Shown: positions 29,510-41,600 of the stretch, in pieces | Numbering within the stretch: the stretch's first letter is position 1 | Layout: the number at the start of each line of letters is the position of its first letter | Assembly: GCA_012295275.1 (NCBI GenBank) | Contig: CM022679.1 | Coordinates: 26,412,001-26,476,000, forward strand | DNA from: Chrysomallon squamiferum | Lineage: Eukaryota > Animalia > Mollusca | Reading direction: 5' to 3' | Length of the DNA: 64,000 nucleotides | Program-made: the position numbers and the translations under genes | Notes under the pieces: generated by a model | Told to the model about the DNA's origin: nothing | The model's input: only the letters and a program-made list of their open reading frames with translations | The model's database searches: none

Positions 29510-30625
29510 TTATTTAATGCACTGAACAGCTTCATTCGTAATTAAGAGTTTTTGTATGCCATCGTATAGCGCTAATATTTCTTTCTCGTCCATATTTACA
29601 CTTACTAGTCTCCGTCTGCTAATTACGTCACACGGTTTAGCTTTAGAACTCATCCAATAAGAAAAACCCGGGCTGTTCACGTGACTGATATTTGCACGGG
29701 CTGCTAATATTCCTGTGATGTAAACATCCTCGAGCGTAATGGTTGTCGCTGTCGTCGTCGTCGCAGCAGCAGCAGCTAAAAGTGACTTTAAAGCAGTCGT
29801 GGTCATAACATAGGCCCCGCCGGTTACGTAGGGCGGGAAAGTGGGCAAGCGATACTCGCTGATCGGCACTGACCATTTGTCGCGGGAATCTCGAATAACT
29901 CTGGCGCCAGAAACGAAGGCACCTAATATTTCACGACGGTCAATAACTCCGTTTTGAAGCAGTGATAAAACAGCGGGAATATTGATAAAAACATCGTCAT
30001 CACACTTCATGTAGAACCGGGCGCTGGGCACGTTTCGGGAAATCCATTTCATTCCCTCGATTAATTTACTGGATAAGTTCTTATAACTCTCCCGCACACT
30101 TATTTGTAATATATCTCGATGGAATGTATTTTCCCTTTTTATTATCTTCGTCCAGCCACTAGACCTCCCAATTAAGAATATTACGTGAACTTTTGAGCTG
30201 TTTCTGGCCTCTTCTGCCGCCCAAGTAGTTCTTATCGTCTGCCTCCGACGCACGTGCTCTGGGTGTGAGCAGACGACAATGAGGAGAGTTAGCTGGCTCG
30301 GTAGCAATGGAACTTCTAATGTTTTTTGTTCCGAGTTATTCCGAAAACTATCGATTTTTTCAAACGTTTGCCTCTTTGAGAAGGAAAGTACTTGTTGACG
30401 AAATCTGACATTTTTCGAAAATACAATATCCGGAATCGATTCAGTTTTACTTGGCCTCGGCAATTCGTCCGATTCTCCAATTGCGTTCACGTTATCTAGT
30501 TTTGAGTAGTCGGAATATTCATGAAAATGAACAAGTACAAGCAGTACGAAAAAAAAGCAAAGTATTTTGACAATTCTGCAGAGTGCGAAAATGTGTCTTC
30601 TCGTTGCAGAACACAAATACATCAT
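29510..30625 (-). CDS. Beta-1,3-galactosyltransferase-like glycosyltransferase (GT31 / Galactosyl_T), single coding exon, 371 aa
   Basis: N-terminal TM (ILCFFFVLLVLV); GT31 motifs RRQTIRTTW, ESYKNLSSK, MKCDDDVFIN (DxD), FPPYVTGGAYVM, LEDVYITG. Confidence 0.93.
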   Translation of the reverse strand: MMYLCSATRRHIFALCRIVKILCFFFVLLVLVHFHEYSDYSKLDNVNAIGESDELPRPSKTESIPDIVFSKNVRFRQQVLSFSKRQTFEKIDSFRNNSEQKTLEVPLLPSQLTLLIVVCSHPEHVRRRQTIRTTWAAEEARNSSKVHVIFLIGRSSGWTKIIKRENTFHRDILQISVRESYKNLSSKLIEGMKWISRNVPSARFYMKCDDDVFINIPAVLSLLQNGVIDRREILGAFVSGARVIRDSRDKWSVPISEYRLPTFPPYVTGGAYVMTTTALKSLLAAAAATTTTATTITLEDVYITGILAARANISHVNSPGFSYWMSSKAKPCDVISRRRLVSVNMDEKEILALYDGIQKLLITNEAVQCIK

Positions 30626-30910
30626 TTAGAATTTCTAAAAATATCCCTTTTTTCTTTTTCACGTTTTTTTTTTTTTCCTTTATTCTTCTTAACTCTCAGC
30701 AGGTGTCTGCTTTTGGAACAAATAATTTTAAAAAATTTTTATATATATTTTACATGTATAATAACTGGATTCACAAACACATATTAAGAGTTCCTTGTTG
30801 CAAATTCTTTTTCTTTTTTTCAAAACAGATAAATATTAAAATACATCATATTTTTATAAAATATATTTTTTAAAATAAAAGAATCACTGCCAAAACAGAT
30901 TCTAGGATTA

Positions 30911-30942
<32 letters not shown>

Positions 30943-33271
30943 ATTAAACATTTTCTTTCCGTGAATTCTTAGAAACGCCAAACATACAGCGTTATATTAA
31001 GATAATGGTTCCAGGAATGTGTTTTGAATAGATTCTTGGAATATTAACAAACTTTCAAAAGATAAATTCCATTTCTTTTATGTTCTCCATTTTTTTACGG
31101 AACACCACGAACAAAAAATAACAGCTCTTATTATATGTATATTTTCTTCCAGATGTAACGTCAGAGAAATGAACAGCATGAAATGGGTCTGTTTGTAAAT
31201 GTTTTTTTTCCGAAAACGTCTTAGCCCCAAAACTGTAGGAACTGTTTCTTTGACGTTTTTTAAAATAAAATTAACCGTTGTAAAACAGTCTGAAAACAAC
31301 TGCTGATCTGAACTGATAAATTTTCCGAAGTAGCAAAAGAAAATTGGAGGTCAAAATGTTTTTGAGATAGAATACCAATTCCGAAAGAAGTATATAAAAT
31401 TTAAAAAAAAAAAAAAAAAATTCGCAGTCGTCTAATAAAAACACTGCAGATCTATAGAAACATTTTCACTAACATTCAGCAGAGAAATAGTACAGGATGC
31501 AAGGCCTGTACCTTAAAGTACTGTATCTAAACCATATCGACTTTATAAAATTGAAATAAAGTTATTCACTGAAGATTTCTCCATTATCGAATGGATCATT
31601 TAGTTCTGAAAAATGTTTCAGTTGATAACGAGTCTGACAAACAAGCAAAATGCGCCGAAAACGAATTTTCAAAACTATAACATTCACAGAAATTTGTTGC
31701 GAACAAATTCTTCTTTTTTGTTTTCGCTCTGGGGAAATGGTTATTCACTTCAGATCTACATCTCAGAAATGAATCAATTATAGAAACAAGAAAAAAAAGA
31801 AAGAAATCCAGTTACTGTTCCTCGATTTTCGAATGGCACGTAAATATATTTATTTCTGAAAAAAAAAAAAAGTTCCATCGGGTAAACATAATCTCTGAAA
31901 ACACTGTAGATATTTGTATACAACGAAAACAACATCTTACATCGTAGCTTGCAGAGAAGAACCAAGTTTGTTTGTTGTTGTTTTTTCTAAAAATCTCGAA
32001 ACAGTTTTACCTCTGAAGCACAATGGAAGAACGATTCTAAAACTGAGCACTACTCAGAAACCTGTAGCGGTGATATCCAAATCAAATTCTCGATTTTCCG
32101 AAAAGGGCAAAACATGTTTCCCGTTTGCAAGTACGATCGTTGCTTCAGTGAGCGGCAATTAGTTTCTGACGAATGGGTTTGGATCGTCTGCGATCGATAC
32201 ACCGCGTTTGTAATAAGCCATGTATAACCAAGATATTCTGTTAATTATATCCCATCCTCATCCGTCCCGGGTCACGGGGGACAAAAGGTCTTAAATGTCT
32301 CTTAATCAATCCCGGAATAAAAAAAATAAAAAAAAGAAAGAAGGTCTAATGCTTCTGCAATTGGTAGTAGCGATAAAAAATGATATCATTAATTCTTTAT
32401 CCATTGACAAATTGCGTGTTAAAATAACTTGTTGGTTGAGTGGAAAGATAAAACGATCTTAATCCGGGAATTTTGTATAAACGGTAAAAGATGGTCGATC
32501 ATTTTGGTGGTTTCTGCCATTCATTGCCGTTGTCTACGACTTCTTTGAACAAGATAAAGAAGAAACAAAAGAAAAAGGAAAAAAAGAATAAATGAAAGAA
32601 AGATGAACAGACACGAAGAAAGCAGAAAAAGAACAAAGAACAAAGAAGCAAAAAGGAAGGAAAAGAAAAAAGAATTGAAGAAAAACAAATCCCAAAACGA
32701 AATAAAGAAAAAGAAAAAACCGTAAGTTAAAACAATGTAGCTTTCGCTAGCCTGGAGAATAATGTATACTAAGGAAGAGTATTTCTAGAGAAGTTTACCT
32801 TATGAAGAAAAAGAAGACGATTAACAATAACTACAACAATAATAAACTCTCGCTCTCTTTCTCTCTCTTCCTCCCCATCACGTGTCTATCTCTCTAGCTA
32901 TCTATATAATACTGTTTGTAGTCCATTAAACGTGTATTCATATGTATGTCGTTCAGAATATTGTAAGCGCCACAATAAATTATGAATATGTGCCTAACGC
33001 GTATTTTTTCTCAGCCACTAAGCATTTGTTTCAAACAAAGCCAAGAATAAAATATATTGCAGCGTGTCACTGTATTTGCCTTCAGACCAGAGATAATTTA
33101 ATTAAAACCACAACAACTTTTACACAGAACACTTCATACATTTAGGCTGTAAATATTTAATATGGTTTCATTTTAACATGATTGCAGTTTTCCCAAGGGG
33201 ATTATGGAAAGCTGCAAACTCTGGAATAAATCAGGCGGTCATGACGATATTTCGTGTTTTTATGGCAGACA

Positions 33272-33345
<74 letters not shown>

Positions 33346-34883
33346 TAACAATAACAATAACAACAACAACAATAATAATAATAATGATATTTAAAAAAAA
33401 ATAATTAAAAATAATCATTTTTTTTTCAGATGATCAAATAAAATACATCCATATCTTTGATTTTCAAAATATTTTTTATTTTCAAAGACAACATTCTGTT
33501 ACAATTTCTTTCAGTAACAACAATAAATAAATAAACAGATAAAAAAATAAAAAAATAATAATAATGAAATGAATAACATTAAAATACAATGAAATAAAAG
33601 CATAAAAACATCATAGCTAAATCAAATCAAATCAAATAACATAAACTATGATAAAAATCAACGTACACTTAATATTAATCTCAGGAATAAAAACAAATTT
33701 GTAAACAACTATTACAAATTCAATGATTTTATTTGTTATTAATTATTTTAAATTCATTTGAAAAATAATACACAGAATAGAAAGCTTAAATATTAAAATA
33801 ATTTATATTTATTTTGCCTGTGTTTATATCCACTAACAAAAATTATAAAAATTATGAAAGAAATAATGATATAGAGAAAGAAAATCCAGTATTAACAAAA
33901 ATCAACATTATATAAAATTATGTACAAAATATTTATTTATATTTAATTGTCATCAGTTAATTATGCATGCACAAGTTTAAAAAAATATATATTAGCATAT
34001 ATTATTTATGGCATAGCAAAAATATTTACATTCATAGAATTTTGCACACTGCATATTAATACAGATTATTAAATGTTAAGTGAAAATATGCATGTTATAT
34101 CACATTAATTTTTCAAGACCAGCTTGTTTTCTTATGAAGATATATTTTTATATATATATATATATGTGTATATATATATATGTATATATAATTAGATATA
34201 AATATATTAAATGTAAATTCCTTTTTCATTTAACAATTATATATAACTAATCTTTATTTTAAAAGGATTTTGGCTATAAATGTTTAATCATGAAACTTTG
34301 ATTTAAAAAGCAATATATAATAGTAATTGAAAAATCATTTGCTTAAATAGCAAATATAAATTTCATATATAATAATACTTGATTAAAAAAATACTTAATC
34401 TAATGCAGCTAGTACTGTTTCGGCATTTTGATACAAGAAATAAAAAGGTATTAGCATTAGAAATTCAGAAATTTTTCGTAATTATCACTATATAAAAAAA
34501 AAAGAATGAAAAACAATTAATGAAGAATAACATGCTCAGGCTTTGTAGAAAATTTTCACATATTCAAAAATAAGCATTAGTGATATATATATATATATAT
34601 ATTTATAAATCTTTGGAACTCACTATCTGCATCCATACTCTCATAGAAAGATGAAAATGTTTTTTCATTATGCTGTTTATTATTTTTAAATTATTGATAT
34701 GTTTTGTTTGTTCATTGATGATTAGTAAGTGGTACAATGTTGAAAATAATACTGGTATAAAAATAGTAAGAATGAAAAAGTAAAAAATGTACCACCCACT
34801 TTTCATGTACTAGCAACAACAATTTGTGCTGCCAAAATATAAAACAAGTAGTGTGTGTGTGTCTGTCTGTGTGTGTGTTTTTG

Positions 34884-34962
<79 letters not shown>

Positions 34963-35149
34963 ATGCAAACCCACACAAACATGCACAAAAAAAAGAATGC
35001 TAATAAAGGTTTCATTGTGTTGTGATATTGATACAAAGTTCAGGTTTTGGTTTTTGAGAAAACACCTTGATTCTTCATTCAGAATCTTATCTAATATAAC
35101 TCAAAACTTTGTTTTGTTTTTACCTAATTAGTTCTGATGTGGAATGGTG

Positions 35150-35490
35150 CTTATATTAATTACATAAATAGTTTTTATGTGCAATTTTGCTTAAATAAAT
35201 TATTACACAATTATTTTTATGTTTTATGTTGCATTAATTGTTACATAATTAGTTTTTGTGTTTATGTTGTTTAATTATTACATAATTACTTTTTATATTG
35301 GATGTTGCTCAATTGTTACATAATTAAATTTTATGTTTGAAGTTGCTTGTAAGATAATTAGGTTTTACATTGTGTATTGTGGAGTCATTATGTAATTAGT
35401 TTTTATGTTGGCTGTTGCTTTGTTGTTACATAATTCGTTTTCATGTTGTCATTACATAATTATTTCTATGCTGGATGTTGCTAAGTAACT
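35150..35490. repeat. Degenerate ~37-bp tandem repeat with a TTACATAATT core, in the cadherin 3'UTR
   Basis: TTACATAA(T/A) followed by a T-rich TTTTATG motif recurs about 9 times directly after the cadherin stop. Confidence 0.7.
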
Positions 35491-35504
35491 ATTTCTAATC
35501 TAAT

Positions 35505-35751
35505 TCATATGTCAGAACATTCATAGTTTGAAAAACTCTCAGCAAGATATGATTCTGAAGGATGTCCTCTTGTGGACATTGTATTCATCTTGTCATGATG
35601 TTGTAGAGCCATGTTGAGGAAGGTGTCAGCATCGTGGTTTGCATCCACAGCATTGTCGTCATTGCTCAGCGTCATGGTTACTTCTTGTTCATCAACAGTG
35701 TTGCCTGGTTCACCAACCTGGTTTGCATCAAGTGAATTCTTTGATGTAATG
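35505..35751 (-). CDS. Cadherin last coding exon (cytoplasmic tail ending NYECSDI*)
   Basis: ttgcAG acceptor at 35752, open frame ITSKNSLDANQV...ESFSNYECSDI, TGA at 35505-35507; absent from the ORF track. Confidence 0.85.
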
Positions 35752-35787
35752 CTGCAAGGTGGAAAAATGTATGTTTAACAAATTTAC

Positions 35788-35831
<44 letters not shown>

Positions 35832-36100
35832 ATATACATATATTATATATATATATATATATATATGTGTGTCTGTGAGTTTCTTTGTGAGTGTGTATAT
35901 ATATATATATATATAAATACACACACACACACACACACACACAATTGTATACACATATTATACATATACATATATATATATATATATAGATAGATATACA
36001 CCTACAACACAATCACACACATTACTCAGAACCTTACACACATTCAGAAACACACACAGAATCATACACAAAAATAAAACAAAAATCACCTATAGGCACA

Positions 36101-36136
<36 letters not shown>

Positions 36137-36657
36137 ATAAGAAACTGGTAAGGACTTACCTTACACTATCTTCAAAATCGTTTTCTCCAACCTCCTTGTT
36201 GAACAGTGGATTCTCACTAAAATATTATACATAGCATAGACAGGTGTACAGACTGAACATTCAACAGAAAAATTAATAAAATAACTCAAAAACAGGTATG
36301 TATATATGTATATGGAGTTGGTACATTATATACTGTAAATATTGATACAACTAACTGGATGTATAAAAAATTGTATAAGAAATTGTGGATACATGCTTTG
36401 ACTTTTATGCTTCTTTCTTAAAAGCAGATTGAAAATTTACAGTCACCAGAAATCAAGCAATAAATGTGACAAAATGTAACATTACTATGTGTATTTATGA
36501 AAAATTATGAAGGATTAAAGTTATTTATAATGTTGTCTAAGCATACACCTATAATGTATGAATACCTACCTGAATCCACTCTCAAACACTCCATTAGCAA
36601 CTGGCTTTTTAGGATCCATAGCTGAAAAATGAATGTGTGTTGAGTTATTTAGAAACT

Positions 36658-36704
<47 letters not shown>

Positions 36705-36710
36705 CGTGCG

Positions 36711-36744
<34 letters not shown>

Positions 36745-37014
36745 CTTGAACATGTGTCCCAGGATGCACACATACATATAATTGGTATGTAAAATCGATC
36801 ATTCACTTTAAATGAAAATTAATTTATTTAATTAGACCATAAATATCTTAATTCAAAAAAAAAAAAAATAATAATAATAATAATAAATTCTAAAAGATAA
36901 TAATGCAAAACAGACCTCTCTAGATATTTTTTGGAACTAATATTTCAAAATCTTACAAATTTAATGAGAGATCATTATGATAATGTTATTCATAGTTACA
37001 ATGATTATAATAAA

Positions 37015-37060
<46 letters not shown>

Positions 37061-38552
37061 TGATGAAAAAAAACATACCATAAACTTCAGTAGTAGCTGC
37101 CTTCAGTTTTCTTTTAAATCTGAAAATGATAAAAAGAAAACAGTAAATTTTATTTTTGAGAGTTCCTACCCAAATGCTCTAAGTTATAGTGTACAGATTT
37201 TATCATGTTATCCATTGCCTTAGAGGAACACAACAAACATTATTGTATTTTATCAGATATTTTTAAACATGCATTACATGTTTCTATATGATCTCTGTAG
37301 AACTGAGTCTCTTGCACTTTGCTTTAACACCTTCCACCTTCAGTGCAGGGCATTTTTTTCATTTTCGAAAGTGAAACAAGTTTCTGCTCATACTCACTAT
37401 GATATTCTGAATGCCAGGGAAGCCCTTAGTAGATCAATAATTGCCTACATCAGCACTGGAAGTCACTAATGTGCGGCAATTTTAAAAGTATGACGGAGAA
37501 CACCGTCATTCAACACCCTATAGTATACGTACTGCATTGCAGAGATCTCTGTCATTCAGCACTGAAGGTGTTAATAAGTCCTCCAGCTTATTATATTCTC
37601 TATTATTTTAAACATGCAAGTTTGTTAGAATGATCTTAATTATGAAGCTTCTTACAGACAGCATATACATATACAAATTGTGTACCTCTTGCCTTTGTGA
37701 TTTTAGAGGTGCCTCATGTATGCTGTTATCGCAATTCCATATTTCCCTGGAGTAAAGCTACTATGTCAAAGTAACTCAATAGTGGTTTCATGGGCAGTGT
37801 GTTTATTTCAAAACTTCAACCAATTTTGTTAGAAAATATTTTACAAATTACAGTTTTAATGGTCACTTGTTTATATAAATCTTACAAAGTTTAAAATGGA
37901 TTTTAGAAATAAATCATACTTTCTCATACTGTTGAAGAAGAAGAAGGCTCCAAGGCAGACTACAAGAATGAGAAATCCGATCACTCCACCAAGAATGTAC
38001 TGAAGTCTCTCATTGTTATTTACTGGTGAGGCTTCCTGAGCATCCTCCTACAAAAATAAATAAACAAATAAAAATGAGTGTGAAAGAGAAACACTTTGAG
38101 ATAACAGAAACAAAAGGGGTGATGTTTGAGAGAGAGACAGAGAGAGAGAGTCCTACTTATAATATTTCTTCTAAAAATGATTCTCAATAAATATTAATTT
38201 GTTAATCTTCATCCTAAATATCTAAATATAAGAAATTTCAATCAATTTAATTTCAGTCAGTCAATTAGAACTTTGAGAATGTACAGTTATCTCTTAGATA
38301 ATTAAATTCTTGTCTACATATGGAGTATAAATGAAAAAAGTAATATATTTACCTTCACTTGATAAAGATTAAATTTTCTTATCAAATCCCTTGTCAAAGA
38401 TGGGTGAAAGTCTATTTGTCTGAAAAATGTATCAGTAATGGATAATACTTTAAAACTTTTAGTAATTTAATCCTTACCTACTGAAGTGTATCTAAGGCAA
38501 TAACTTTTTAAATGAGTAAATAAGGGACAAAGTTATTCAGACTTAACCATCT

Positions 38553-38610
<58 letters not shown>

Positions 38611-41600
38611 TTCTTCATAAGACATGATATCACAAGCACATACAAAAATGAAAAACAACAAATGATCTTATTTTTATCCTTCATTATTAGCAAAGGATGG
38701 ATACTAACTGCAAATAATATAACAATTTGAAAGTATACAAACTTTACTTGCAGCTGATGTTTACACAATAACAATTTAAAACATAACAATTTGTAGTATG
38801 TTATCCACTGACTGCAAGTAGGAAAAATAAATAACAGCTTTAGTTTATATGAAGCAGACTTACTCTCGGATGACTGATGCATCAAATATGTGTTCTGTCT
38901 TAGGATCTACAGCATGCACAAACAGGTTTGATCTGCAGAGAATAAAATTATAAAACAGATGAACAGTATGGATGGATAAATGTTTATGTATGCATGGATG
39001 GATGGATGAAATATGTTATCATTGGTTTATTTACAATTAGCAAATGATTAGTACTCTTTTCAGCGATAAACAAAATAACTGATAAAATCAAGTGCAACCA
39101 TTTTTCATGTCCTTAAGAATCATTTAATATATTGTCTAATTATATTAAGCTTGATAATTTAACACATACACTTCTATCTGTCTAGCATTCTGTTGGTCTC
39201 TCTGTTGATCTATCTACCAGTCTCTATATATCAACCTGACTGTCTCTCTATCTACTTGTCTATTTATTCTATCTACCTACCTACCTACCTACCTACCTAC
39301 CTAACTATCTATATATCTAGCTATCTATCTAGCAATCTAGCTATCTATCTATCTATTTATCTACCAAAATATATATTTACAAAATGTACTTTAAACTTAA
39401 CATAAAAATATCTGTTATAAACATACTGAAATTTCTTCACATTTCCATCTTTATCTTTGCTCGATGAAACTTCATCATTAACAATGAAATTCCAGCCTGT
39501 CGCTTTTTGCAGTGTCCTGAAACAACAAAATACTAATGTATGTCAAAAAGATAATCTGTGTATTTCTTTTTATTATAAAAAAAATTTTGTTTTAGATTTT
39601 TTTTTTAAAGTACTGAATAATTAAGGCCACTGACAAGGATTGATCTTCCAATCTGTCAAACCTCAGAAAAACATTTGATTAGCTAAGGTGCATCATCATT
39701 CTTCAAAGTCTATAATTATTAAATACCTATACATATAACTTCAGATAACCTTATTAAATATACATAACAGTGAATTCATGTGTTATAAACTGAATTTGAA
39801 TGAGACCAATTTCAAATCATGTGCTGTTCACTAATAGATTTCTACATTATACTTTTTAACAGGATGCTTTACTTCTGGAAAGAATTTTGAAAGAAACTTC
39901 ATAATTTCACTACTTCATTATTATAATTATAAAAATATTATTTTAAATAACTCTCATCTTATCATTAGTACTTTTATATCTGTTCTCATTATTTTTTCTG
40001 AACTGAAAAATTATTTTATTATTTTTTTTTAAAAAAGTATTGGTTGTAATATGGAAATGATAAATTAGGTTATTTTTATTTAACAAACAAAGTTGCTGCA
40101 GATATAAGGAATATTTTTAATATTCAAGCTTTTTGATAAGGTAAACTGGACATTTTTTGTTATTTTCCATTATATAGTTATTCTGCTTGGGGTTGTAACA
40201 TGTATGCTGTATACTAACTGTGTTATATTATTTTTCAGCTTGTTTAGATCATCTGGAGCTTGGTTGAATGTCAGTTTTAGAACCTGGTAATCAGCAATGA
40301 TATATACCTGAAATGTATATGTTAATTGATTACAATATTTATACAAGTAACAACAACAACAACAATAACAATAATATTGTGGATACTAATCATAATAATA
40401 TAAAGGATTATTATATTAATGATAATTATAACAATATTAATTGTAATGACAATAATACCAATGATAATGATGAAGTGACAATGATAGTAATAATCAAAAA
40501 TGCAGCATGAATAATTACAATCTTTTCACCAATTTATTATATATGTTTACAGCCAACCATATTTGGTTTTGTGAATAATAAAGTTCTATCATGATTATGA
40601 ATAAGAATGGTAGAAAATTTCTCTGTTTAAAATACCTTCACTTGAGTTGAATCATTGCCAGCACTGTCAGCTACATACACAACACTGTGCAGAAAGCCAA
40701 CCATGTCTTCACCGAATTTCATGTTGGTTTTCAGAGTGCCATTTGCAGTTAGCAGAATCGGTTCCTTGTACTTGGCAACATCAAATGTTTTCTTTAACTG
40801 TGGGTCAGGCATCATTTGTTGAGGCATAGTGAATCTGTGTACTCTGTTCTTTCCAATATCCTTATCTAGTACAAATTTCTGAAATTTTATGTTATTTGAT
40901 TTTGTTTAAAGATAATTTGACCAATCTCTCTTCTTAGTTTTAATTTACAGAAATTAACAAAAATCACTATATAATTATTTATTTTGGCCCACAAACTATC
41001 TTCAGTACATTATAATTATCAAAAGTATTTTTTTAAATTGTATATTAGAATCAGATTCAGTGGAAAGCTGTCTGAAACTCACAATAATTATTTTTAATTA
41101 AAATATTAACTTTGGCTCTATTAACATATCATCCATTAGTTTCTATACACTCTACCTGAAGTTCAAAGATAATTTTTCCAACTTCGACCTTCTGTCTGAT
41201 TCCAGCTGATATCTTGGATTTAGTAAATCGTGGTGGATTGTCATTGACATCTTCAACTATAATCGTTACTGTAATTTGATCTGGTTTGAAGTTCTTAAAA
41301 ATTTTACTATCACATGCTTCTTCCTTTGGGATAGCTGAACAATCTTTAACAGTCAAATTGAAATCGAAACGATTGATGATTTCTCTGTCTAGTGGATTAA
41401 TGATAAAGATCTGAGCTGTGGTATTGTCAGGTGAATGTATCCGAAGACTACTGGTCCAGTTAGAACCTTAAAAAAAAATATATATATATATATAAAAAGA
41501 AGAGAAATTCTTGTTACTAGGATGTCAACAGTGTCAGGAGGGAGCCAAGAGCTATGAAAAATGTTTTTGAATTTTATTGAATAACATAAGTACACATTAG

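Noticed and set aside
29510-30625. GT31 gene as a retrogene or horizontal transfer because it is intronless and GC-richer
   Set aside because: Single-exon coding regions are normal for animal B3GALT-type genes; no poly(A) remnant or target duplication seen
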